Positions 1 through 9,371 of a DNA stretch of 64,000 nt are shown here, piece by piece. The translations under genes were made by a program, and so were the position numbers. The DNA lies in contig JASGJH010000001.1 of the NCBI GenBank assembly GCA_047601445.1, positions 64,001 to 128,000 on the forward strand. Direction: 5' to 3'. Each line of letters begins with the position of its first letter. Within the stretch, counting starts at the first letter, position 1. Source of the stretch: Myxococcales bacterium. GTDB lineage: Bacteria > Myxococcota_A > Polyangia > Polyangiales > DASUME01. A model generated the notes under the pieces. It saw nothing but the letters and a program-made list of their open reading frames with translations, was not told the DNA's origin and did not search any database.

Positions 1-723
1 AATCAAGGCCGGCGGATTGACCGAAGCTGAGCAGGCAGAATTGTTCGACTCCCTCTATCTTCAACTTCACGAGACTATCACCCTATTAGCTCACGTCCAA
101 ACCCATGCCAACCATAGATTCATCTACCCAATGTTCTGTGTGGCGGCTCATACCGGGGCCAGGCGGTCGGAGTTGATTCGCATGAAGGTGGCCGACATCG
201 ACCTCGCCGGACGAATCGTCACGATTCGGGAACGCAAGCGTGTGAAGGGGCAGGCAACAACTCGCCGAGTGCCCATGTCAGCCTTTCTGACCGCCATTCT
301 CGCACAGTGGCTTGCGGACCATCCCGGCGGACCTTGGCTGTTCTGCCATGAATCGACGATCGCCCATAGCCGAAAACGCAGCTTAACCACCGGTCACTTA
401 GGTGAGCGGACTCGCCCCAAGAACGGTAACGAGCGAAAGTCCAGGGTCCGCCAAAGGAACCTGCCGACCTCGCGGCTTTGACGAAAGACGAAGCCCACGA
501 CCATTTCAAACGCACATTAAAGGGAAGTCGCTGGGATGTGCTTCGCGGCTGGCACACGCTCCGGCACAGCTTTATCTCGGCTTGTGCAAGCAGGGGTGTC
601 GATCAGAGGCTGGTCGAAACGTGGGCAGGTCATATGTCGGCAGACATGAGCCGCCGCTATGCCCACCTCTATCCCAGCACCCAACTGGAAGCGTTGTCGG
701 GCGTGTTCGACAACGTAGCCTAA
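1..723 (+). CDS. Tyrosine recombinase/phage-type integrase, C-terminal part (5' end outside window; frameshift near 478)
   Basis: HTGARRSEL (catalytic Arg box I) in ORF 17-481; WHTLRHSF and WAGH...Y (box II) in ORF 478-723. Confidence 0.9.
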
Positions 724-986
724 GAGCGACTAAGGGGCAGCAGCCCTTCGCGTTGATAGCGGATCAGTTCGGCATGGCTGAATACCCAGGCGGCATGGGG
801 ACCGCGCCCCGATCCACGTTTCTCGCCCTTGACGCGGCCCAGCCGTGCCCATTCGCGAACGGTAAAGCATGCTTTGCCGACCAGCCGGGCAAATTCCTCG
901 ACTTCGTAGAAAGCCTTCACGGTCTGCCGGTCCATGAGCGCCCTTAGCATCCTTTCAATTCTCTCTAACCTTTCGTCGAGCGTCAT
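720..986 (-). CDS. Small helix-turn-helix DNA-binding protein, excisionase-like
   Basis: YEVEEFARLVGKACFTVREWARLGRV HTH_17-like motif; convergent with and overlapping the integrase stop; start could be further upstream (to 1031). Confidence 0.75.
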   Translation of the reverse strand: MTLDERLERIERMLRALMDRQTVKAFYEVEEFARLVGKACFTVREWARLGRVKGEKRGSGRGPHAAWVFSHAELIRYQREGLLPLSRS

Positions 987-1234
987 CGAATGGCTTCTTT
1001 CTTCGGTCGGCATTGTTGCTCGCATGATCAACTCTCGGCCACGTACATCGTAGGCGTCAGCATCACGTCAAACGTCTTTGATGATACGTTTTTCTAGCGA
1101 TGTCGAACTCGTGTATAGCTTATGGGGCGGACAAAGGTAATCGATGGATATCCTTGCAAGTTTGCTCCTTGGACATTTAGCTTGGCCTTTTACAGACAGG
1201 CGTGACGAACGCCATTAAGCCGTAGTGGAACCGT

Positions 1235-1711
1235 TCAATTCATTTCCAGCACCTTCGCCGGCCCATGCGCTGGCATCGGCTCATCTCGTTCATCCGCCTC
1301 GGGAAACTCAATCGCCGTGATGACGGGTTCTTTCCCGTCTAAAAAATCTCGTTCTGCGTCGAGCTGCATCACCCACAGGGTCTTGTGCTGATGGATGTAA
1401 TCATAGATTTCGCGGAGGTTTCGCCCGCGAATCAGCACGGTCGTCGTCTTCGAGCCGACGAACCGCAGTGCAATTGCCTGCCCCCGCCGGTCGATGGTGA
1501 AACGGGAGTCCGAATCTAAATCGGCATACTGAAAAGACCGGCAGCCAGTCGCGCCCAACAGGCAATGCAGCGTGTACACCGGCTGTGCCCGCTTGGCATA
1601 GGCTTTGTACGCATCACTGGCTGTTGGTAATACAGGACCGTCGTCGCCGCCGGCAGCGTCACGCGACGTGGTGGCCCGAGCCAGGTAGTCTTTCAAGTGC
1701 TCATCGGGCAT
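1235..1711 (-). CDS. Hypothetical protein directly downstream of the relaxase
   Basis: Clean ORF from MPDEHLK; start overlaps the inferred relaxase 3' end. Confidence 0.55.
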   Translation of the reverse strand: MPDEHLKDYLARATTSRDAAGGDDGPVLPTASDAYKAYAKRAQPVYTLHCLLGATGCRSFQYADLDSDSRFTIDRRGQAIALRFVGSKTTTVLIRGRNLREIYDYIHQHKTLWVMQLDAERDFLDGKEPVITAIEFPEADERDEPMPAHGPAKVLEMN

Positions 1712-4409
1712 ATCCCGGTTCCCACTGCCGCGGCCGAGCGGCCGTGAATACGTCGCGTGCCTTCTCGCCAAGTTGACGGTAGCGAGTGCGCAATTCCCGC
1801 AGGAATAGTTTCGCCTTGCGGCGCAGCCGGCTAGGCTTTGGCTCCTGCAGCAGTTCGCTTGCCGATTTACGTGGTTGACTGCGCTGCACTGCTTCCCGCA
1901 ACTGAGGCCAAGCTAGGTCACTGTAGATCGAGCAGGATTCACGCTGCGGCTGCCACTCACAAAGAACGTGGCCGCATCAATGGCCGGCCGCGACTCATGC
2001 CCCATCGCAATGAGAACCCGATCGACGGTTCGGCCTTGCGAACCGTAAGAGGTACGGGCGTAATCGTGGCTGATAACACCCACATCGGTCTTGAGTACCC
2101 AGCCATTGTTCAGCCGTATGCAATCCTCAGTCAGAGCCGTGACCGTATAAGACCTGCCATTATCGAGCTTATGCCGGCCCGTTTGGTCTTTGGCGTTGTT
2201 CGTCATCCTGATCTTGTCGCCGACGGCGAGTTGGATTTCATCTTTACCATAGACCGAGAAATGGTCGGGCCGCAGTGTGTAGCCGCCAGCCTGAAGCTGG
2301 CTGGCTTCGATGCGCTGGCCGGCTTTGAACGGCCCGCTGTTGCGGTGGAACTGGATGATTTCCGTGCCGGCATAGTTCCCCAGGTCGGCCTTCTCGGCAT
2401 CGGTCCAGTGCAGCGGCTTGAGCTTGAGGAATGTCCTGTCTTCTGTGCCGATTTCGTTTCGCTGTTTGAGCTGTTCTCGAATCTGGCGGGTGATTTCGTC
2501 GCACGCCGCGTGGACAGGGGCGACGATGAGCGTATCTTTATGAGCATCGAGGCCGGCGAAATAGTCGCTCACCAATTCGCCGTAGCGATCGACAAGATCG
2601 GCCTGCTTGATCCAACCCAGCTTATGCAGGATGTCGAAGCCGGCCCCGATGTCGCCGCGATCCATCGCGATCACCGCTCGCTTATAATCAGCGTGCTTTT
2701 GTCGCCAGATTTCTTTGAGTTCGGCAACGGGCAAGCCGGCGAACTTTTGCAGTACGTCGTAGATAGCACCCCGTTCGACGGCCTGATGCTGCTGCGGGTC
2801 GCCCTGCAGAATCACGCGAGCGTTGAGCTGCTCGGCTACGTCAAACACTTGCCTTAACTGGCGAATCGGCATCAGCGCGGCTTCGTCGATGAAAATCACA
2901 CCGTCTTTGGCCCTCGCTTGAAGGCCATTGGTATCGCTCAGGAATTGTGTCACCGTATCCGCATCGGCAAAGCCCTTGGAGCGAAGTGTATTGCGCGAGG
3001 CATCGCCGGAGGGTGCGAGCATCACCACCAGCTTGTCGATGCCGACCACGGCGGCTTGCGTGGCCTCGGTCTTACCCGATCCTGGCGAGCCCCTGACTAG
3101 CAACACCCTGTCGGGTGTCCGCCAGAGGTGTTCGATCAAGGCGTGCTGTTCGGCCGACAACGTCAACCCATTCCATTCGGCCGGAATGGGTTTATCCGAC
3201 AGCGGCCGGCAGGTGCCACGCCCTTCGCTGGCAAACCCAATGCACCGCCGCTCTTCCGCCAGCACTTCGGCCGTCGTCGCTTCGCCATCGCGAACGAGCA
3301 ACTTCTGTTGCGCGGCCGATCGTTCTACGTCTTCGGGCAGCGCGTTTCCCATGCACCGTTCCATCGCGGTGACTTCGAGCGTCGTCACGGGAACGACCGA
3401 GTGCCGCGTGAAGTGATGGTCGATGCTGTACTGCATCGCCTCCTCGACTTGTGGCTCGCGTGCGGAACACCCTCGCGCCACGGCGACGCGAATGGTTCTC
3501 TCGATCTGGAGCCGTTCATCGTCAGTCAGACGGGCGTTCCAATATGCTCGCAAATCATCGAGTGTCAGGTCTTTCCGTTTATTCTCCCGGTATGTGGCTC
3601 CGAGCTTGTCCTTGGCTATGGTATCGGTAACACCTAAGCGCTCGGCGACCTGCTCAATCTTCTGCGTGCGCCGGGAGAATTTTTCGATGGCCGAATCCGG
3701 GATACCTTTAATATCCCAGCCCACATAGCGTCGGCTCCCTTTGCTATCGCGCTCCCATTTGGTATCGATGGCGTAGCCGAGGGCGGCCACTTTGGCGGCG
3801 AAACGCTGGTTGAAGCGACGGTCGAAATACTTCCGCTCATCCATGATTGGCCGAAACTTCACGGCCTTCCATTTGTTCTCTTTTCTTGTCCCAGGTCAAA
3901 TTGAAACACACCACGTGGATATGGCGGTGGCAGTCGGGCATTTTGTCGGTTTTTGATGGCCGGGTTTCGGCATGCTCGACGGCATAGCCCACAAGGTTAC
4001 CGGTAATACGGTCGGCTTGCTGTTTCCCTTTACGAACGCGGGTAGTTGCCTTGCGTTCCAGGTCTGCGATGGTCTCCTTGGTTGCTTCCCACAACGCGGT
4101 CTGGATGCGCAAGTCCCCTTGCTCCAGTGCAAGCGTCACGCCCTTCGCGCAATGCACATTGATGTCCCACGCGGGCACACGCCCTACGATGAGCTTTGCA
4201 GTCAGTTGGCTGCCTGAGTGCGGATCGAGACCCTGAATGAGTCGGCGGAACTGCTCGTAGTCGGGCGTGTCGTGGAGCTTGAGTAGTTCAGCTCCCCGGC
4301 CCACCCATTCGCGCCGCAAATCGCCGTCGGCCATGTAATAGCCAGCGTCGGACTTCGAGTAGTACTGTGCCGCTTGCTTGGCGTTGACGATTGGCTGGAT
4401 TCGCAGCAT
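1701..4409 (-). CDS. MobF/TrwC-family conjugative relaxase-helicase (split by frameshifts near 3850 and 1930)
   Basis: N-terminal QYY...GYY tyrosines, HAETRP...PDCHRHIH HUH motif, KFSRRT, Walker A GSPGSGKT, IDEA, GDPQQH, YARTSYGSQGRTVD helicase motifs. Confidence 0.9.
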
Positions 4410-4590
4410 GTTGGTTGCCCGTCTTGAGAGAAGAACGAGGAACCATATTCGCCAAAAGCGCGAAGATCAAACTGAAAAATGCAGTCAGGCAGCAGCAGCC
4501 AAAAAAGTTACAGACTGATGCCCTTCGCCGTGCCGGCGAACGATTACGCGGGGGAAGTCAACTGGCTTGTTTCTCCTGGTACATGAACGA

Positions 4591-4605
4591 TTAACGCAAA
4601 GTTAA
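4591..4605 (+). promoter_or_regulatory. CtrA-box-like motif TTAA-N7-TTAA
   Basis: TTAACGCAAAGTTAA about 20 bp upstream of the pilin-like ORF. Confidence 0.4.
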
Positions 4606-4625
4606 GTAACATGATTTAACGTCAC

Positions 4626-6560
4626 TTGATGGCTTTCTACCCCCGTTACGCACCGAGTCACGGCCAGCACCCTGCATCAAGTGGCTTCTCGCTCATCTGG
4701 ATGAGCATCATGCTCACTGCGGGCGCGATGGTTTTTGCCTCGCTGCTGCCCGGCAATGAAGCCGGTGATTACAACAACAAAATCATCAATAACAACAAAA
4801 AACTACAACGCGTCGAGGAAGCGATGCGCACGTTCATGGTCACCAATGGCCGTCGCCCATGCCCGGCTGATGGTTCATCGGTACCCGGCCAGGCCAACTT
4901 CGGGTTGGAAGCGGCTACGCCTGGGAGCTGCACCGGCTCTTCACCCGCCGCACCACTCGGGCCTGATGATGCTACCGGCTACATCGTCGGCGGTACCATC
5001 CCCACACGTTCGCTCCATCTCGATGACAGTTTCGCGTTTGATGATTTTGGCCGCCGATTTACTTACGTCGTCGACAAGCGCGCCACAGCAATGGCGAGTT
5101 GTCTGGCGCTGGAAGTCAACCCGAAGACACGCACTGGCAAAGGCGGCGTCGAGATCCACGACAGCAGCGGCACGAAGACCGACCAGGTGATGTATACCTA
5201 TATCAGCCATGGCCCCAGCGGCTATGGCGCATTCCCCGAGCAAGGCAGTAACGCCGCCGGGCGGGTTAACAGCGGCAGCACGAATACATTGAAACAAATC
5301 AACGCTGGTGTCGACGTGGGCGCGAATCCGGGTACATCGACCTTCACGTACAGCACGACTAACTTTACCGATGTCAAAATCCGCAATGATCGCGTGTTCG
5401 CTTCCGGCAATGACACGGGATTCGATGATGTGCTCTTCTACCGCGAGGATATCGAGAATACCTGCTGCTTGGGGTGTATTTGCGACGTCATTACTACTGG
5501 CGCCGACCTGGTAGTAGGTTGGTTTTATGCCTCTGGCGGACCTTATGCCTACCAGTATAAATGTGGCGGCTGGCAACGGCTACCGCCAGGCACATTTGAT
5601 GTGGAAACAGGCGGCGGGATCACTAACGCTAAATTTTCGGGCGATAATCAATACCTGGGCGTGAGCAGTTGGTCTGGCATTTATATTTATAAACAGAACA
5701 AAACCACTGCGACTTTTACTTATCTGCCCTCTTCAACCACGGTTGGCAACACAGGAAGGCCCAGCATAGCTTTCCCGTCCTCTATGGATTACGTGATGAC
5801 TGTAGGTTGCAGCACTCCCTATATCAGTTTCTTTAAGCGCACCGGCGACAGTTTCTCCTTATTAGCCGGCCAGCCGGACACCATACCACCCATTACGCCG
5901 TCTCCACCATGGGGTTGTTACTACTCTTATGCACCTTCGCTGGCTGCTGCTTCGCCTGACGGAAATTATTATGCTGCCGCCTGGGATGGCGGCGCTATCT
6001 ATATGTACAAGCGATCGGGCGATACGTTTTCGCTGCTGGGCAACACAAAATTCGATCCGGCGTCAGCCGTGTCATCGTGCGGCGGCGGGTTTGATTTTTC
6101 CCCTGACGGGAAATATTTTATCGGAGGAGGAACAGGAGGCGGCGGTGGCGACGCCTCGCTTTGCGTTTACAAAATCAACAGCGCTACCGATACGTTTACC
6201 TTGCTCCCGACCCAACCAGTGGCCCCTGGGTACGGCGGCACCGGTGGCAGTCATGCCACCTTTACCGCCGATTCAAAATACGTTGCGATCGGCACCTACT
6301 GGGTGCCTGATAATGCAATCTGGTCGATCGACAGCAGCACCGATACCTTTACCCTGGCCGGACCGGTCACTGCCCTTCCTCCCGGCGGCGGCACCCAAAC
6401 CGGTGCTATCGGCTTTTCGCAGGATGGAAAATACTATGTCTCAGGCTCTAACTATTACCCTCAGCTCTATATCTCCAATGTGAGCGCGGGATCGATCACC
6501 ACTCCCAAGCTCATCGACACGCTGCCTGCCGGCGCTAATGGCAGAGCCTGGCGGCATTGA
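4626..6560 (+). CDS. Prepilin/pseudopilin-like N-terminus fused to a WD40-like beta-propeller
   Basis: GFSLIWMSIML type IV pilin-like cleavage/TM segment (lacks Glu5), GRRPCPADG, DDFGRRFTY; repeated FSPDGKY/FSQDGKY/ASPDGNY blades. Confidence 0.7.
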   Translation: MMAFYPRYAPSHGQHPASSGFSLIWMSIMLTAGAMVFASLLPGNEAGDYNNKIINNNKKLQRVEEAMRTFMVTNGRRPCPADGSSVPGQANFGLEAATPGSCTGSSPAAPLGPDDATGYIVGGTIPTRSLHLDDSFAFDDFGRRFTYVVDKRATAMASCLALEVNPKTRTGKGGVEIHDSSGTKTDQVMYTYISHGPSGYGAFPEQGSNAAGRVNSGSTNTLKQINAGVDVGANPGTSTFTYSTTNFTDVKIRNDRVFASGNDTGFDDVLFYREDIENTCCLGCICDVITTGADLVVGWFYASGGPYAYQYKCGGWQRLPPGTFDVETGGGITNAKFSGDNQYLGVSSWSGIYIYKQNKTTATFTYLPSSTTVGNTGRPSIAFPSSMDYVMTVGCSTPYISFFKRTGDSFSLLAGQPDTIPPITPSPPWGCYYSYAPSLAAASPDGNYYAAAWDGGAIYMYKRSGDTFSLLGNTKFDPASAVSSCGGGFDFSPDGKYFIGGGTGGGGGDASLCVYKINSATDTFTLLPTQPVAPGYGGTGGSHATFTADSKYVAIGTYWVPDNAIWSIDSSTDTFTLAGPVTALPPGGGTQTGAIGFSQDGKYYVSGSNYYPQLYISNVSAGSITTPKLIDTLPAGANGRAWRH

Positions 6561-6831
6561 GAAATCTACTCCTTAAACTACTGCTCAGGCAGGCACCTCA
6601 GTCGACAGCTTTTTCTTCATGCCTTCAGCAAACAGCCCTGGCTGTTTATTTGTGCAAAGTTATTCCGCACGGTGTACTTCCAGTGCGTTTTGTGGATAGA
6701 GGCAAATAACCTCCTTTATGAGCCCCTAGCCGCTCCGCTCCCGTTTTCGCCCGACATCGTCAGCGAAGAAACCTTTTGACAATCGCTCTCGTTTCTGGCA
6801 TTGTCGAAGGAGTTGGGCAACTACGCGGGTA

Positions 6832-7107
6832 ATGGGCATGGAGCAAGGATTTAGGGAAGAACCGAAGGTTTACCGAGCGAAGGTCGATTCGTCAGGCAGG
6901 ATTCTTCTGCCGCTGGAACTTCGGTCGCAGCACGGAATCGGTCTAGGTGATTCCGTGATTCTCGTCGATGAAGGCAAGGGCGTCGAATTGAAATCGGCGG
7001 CGGATGCCATCCGCGACGCCCAGGAACTCTTCAGGCAAGCGGCACCGCCGGAGCGCGTGCTGTCGGACGAGCTGTTGCAAGAAACGTCGCCAGGAAGCCG
7101 AGCGTGA
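6832..7107 (+). CDS. AbrB/MazE/SpoVT-family antitoxin
   Basis: KVDSSGRILLPLELRSQHGIGLGD AbrB signature; overlaps the downstream PIN gene. Confidence 0.88.
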   Translation: MGMEQGFREEPKVYRAKVDSSGRILLPLELRSQHGIGLGDSVILVDEGKGVELKSAADAIRDAQELFRQAAPPERVLSDELLQETSPGSRA

Positions 7108-7487
7108 GTGAAGTTGCGCTCGACGCCTCAGCGCTACTGGCCTTCTTACGCAAGGAGCCCGGCCAGCAAGTTGTACGAAAGCATCTCGCACAATCGATCA
7201 TCTCCACCGTGAACATCGCAGAGGTACTTGGCAAAGCGATCGAGCGCAAAATTGGCTTGGACGTAGCCATCGCGAAGATTCGTGCGTTGCCCATTACCAT
7301 TGTTCCGTTCGATTTCCAGCAGGCGGCTATCTGCGGCACGATGCGTGAGCCAACGCGGCACTTGGGGCTTTCGCTCGGCGACCGTTCCTGCTTGGCGCTG
7401 GGTTTAGCTCGTAAAATCCCAGTGCTGACGACAGACGAAGAGTGGCTAAAGGCCGATTTGGGCGTCGAAGTTCGGCTGATCCGGTAG
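7104..7487 (+). CDS. vapC: VapC-family PIN-domain toxin
   Basis: LDASALLA, NIAEV, LSLGDRSCLALG, VLTTD PIN motifs. Confidence 0.9.
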   Translation: MSEVALDASALLAFLRKEPGQQVVRKHLAQSIISTVNIAEVLGKAIERKIGLDVAIAKIRALPITIVPFDFQQAAICGTMREPTRHLGLSLGDRSCLALGLARKIPVLTTDEEWLKADLGVEVRLIR

Positions 7488-7491
7488 AGCA

Positions 7492-8477
7492 ATGGTTGCA
7501 GATGAATTGATAAGCAATGCCATTGTTCCCGCGCCAGCGAACGCGATCTCCGCCAAGGCCATGTCTCTGCTCATCTGCCTCGCCGGTCCCCGCGCTGAAT
7601 TCGCGTGGGACGAATTTTTTTCCGGCCAGCTCGCCAATCGGCATACCAAAGCTGCCTATCTCTTTGCCGTACGCCGCTTCCTGACTTGGGCAGAGCGGCG
7701 CACTCGGCAGATCAATGACATCACGCCGGGAATGATTGGGATCTATTTTGGCGAGCATCCCGGCAGCCTGCCGACCAAGAAGCTGCATTTGGCAGCCCTC
7801 CGAGCTTTTTTCGACCTACTTGTGAATCGGCACGTCATCATCCTGAATCCTGCAGCCACGGTTCGCACGGGAAAGCACCAGGCGGTCGAAGGTAAGACGC
7901 CGGCAATATCGCCTGATCAAGCACGGGCCTTACTTCAATCGATTAGTGGTCCCTCTCCCACCGCACGCCGCGACCGAGCCATTCTTTCGACGCTCATTTA
8001 TACGGCCGCGCGTGACGGGGCCGTCGCGGCACTACGCATCAAAGACCTCAAATGGGATGGCACGCAGTACAAGTTGCGGTTCCTCGAAAAAGGCGGCAAG
8101 GAGCGGTTGATTCCAGTCCGTTACAATCTTCAACTCGACTTGCTGCAATATTTGGAGTGTTTTGTTTGGCAGGACGAACCGAGCGATGCACCGCTCTTTC
8201 GATCCGTGGCCGGCCGCACCGGTCAACTCACGAAGCGCCCATTCGGAATGTGGATATTTGCCGAATGATGAAACGGCGGCTACGCGAAGCCAAGCTGCCT
8301 ATGGACCTGTCGCCCCACTCTTTCCGCGCCGCGACCGTCACGGATTTGTTGTCGCAAGGCGTGCCGCTGGAAGATGTTCAATACCTTGCCGGGCACAGCG
8401 ATCCAAGAACAACACGGCTCTATGACCGTCGGCAACAACAGGTCACGCGGAATACGGTGGATAGGATTTCGATCTAG
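7492..8477 (+). CDS. Tyrosine recombinase/resolvase, XerD-like (frameshift near 8240)
   Basis: RDRAILSTLIYTAAR, EKGGK, SPHSFRA, QYLAGHSDPRTTRLY. Confidence 0.9.
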
Positions 8478-8809
8478 CTGGTCGGCGCACCCCGTGCGTC
8501 CGACAAACGGTCGTTTTTCGGATGCATTGCCTGCCAGGATCGTATTTGAACCGTAACCGTCCAGAAATTGCGTCCAGAATCAGCCACTGTCCAGAAACAA
8601 TTGAAGACAGTTTTTGGATGCTAAATCGCACGGCTGGCAAGAAATCGCCGTCGATACAATTATTCTACCGCAGCGACTTGCCCCGAAGAATCAAGTTACT
8701 GACGCACCTTGTTCGGTCGGCCACGTCCTGCAATAGCCAGCTAAGCTTGCCTTGAGTCTCTCGATTAATCGATCCGAATACGATTACGCAGTGAAATGCC
8801 CAGCACATC

Positions 8810-8842
8810 AAAAAAAAGAGCCGTCCTCTTACGATGACGGCT
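8810..8842 (-). terminator. Rho-independent terminator of the tracrRNA
   Basis: 7-bp stem AGCCGTC/GACGGCT followed by C and 8 T on the minus strand. Confidence 0.8.
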
Positions 8843-8919
8843 GGTTGCTCCGTAGAGCAGTGCCTGCGAATGTTTCTTCTTGTTGCGAAAAGAATTCGCG
8901 GGCTGAGATTGGTTACACT
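8810..8919 (-). ncRNA. tracrRNA (5' end uncertain, may extend to ~9064)
   Basis: Minus strand reads anti-repeat AGTGTAACCAATCTCAGCCCGCGA-ATTCTTTT-CGCAAC (8919-8882), then AAG, hairpin TGCTC/GAGCA, hairpin AGCCGTC/GACGGCT and a U8 tail. Confidence 0.88.
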
Positions 8920-8994
8920 GCTCGTGATTCTACATGAATCGCGAGCAGATGCAACCAAATACATAAAACACAAAAGGATCCGGAGGCTGAGGGT

Positions 8995-9030
8995 AGTGCA
9001 ACCAATCCCAGCCTGCGACCAGTCCGCAAT
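8995..9030 (-). repeat. Orphan degenerate CRISPR repeat upstream of cas9
   Basis: AGTGCAACCAATCCCAGCCTGCGACCAGTCCGCAAT matches the array repeat at 30/36 positions without gaps. Confidence 0.9.
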
Positions 9031-9371
9031 TTCCGGATTACGGACGATTAACTCGTCTCGCAACTAAGAAATTATGTGTACCGGATTACGACTACTGTAC
9101 ATTGACTTGACACATCGTACAATGGGCCCTGAAGTTGGGGGACATGAAAGCGGCGTCGAGATGCATTGCATCAAGTCCGTCAGCAGTTTGACTGGGGTCG
9201 CAACCCAGTCAAACTGTGAGCGTCCATAGCCTGTCGGAACGGACTCCAACACCGTTCAGCCGCACATGTCTCTCCTTTTAAGAGGATAGCATGCTGGTTT
9301 CAGTTCAGGTATCTCGCGACTCATGCGATCAAGGAGCGCAGCGTCGGCCAAATTAATGTGACGAGGAAATC

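Noticed and set aside
1838..3728. Long plus-strand ORFs opposite the relaxase (and similar antisense ORFs at 42574, 55601, 58517, 61017, 62136)
   Set aside because: Shadow ORFs of GC-rich coding genes with no recognisable motifs
9102..9123. Canonical sigma70 promoter TTGACA/TACAAT
   Set aside because: The hexamers are only 5 bp apart (10 bp for TTGACT), so only the -10-like element is used, tentatively
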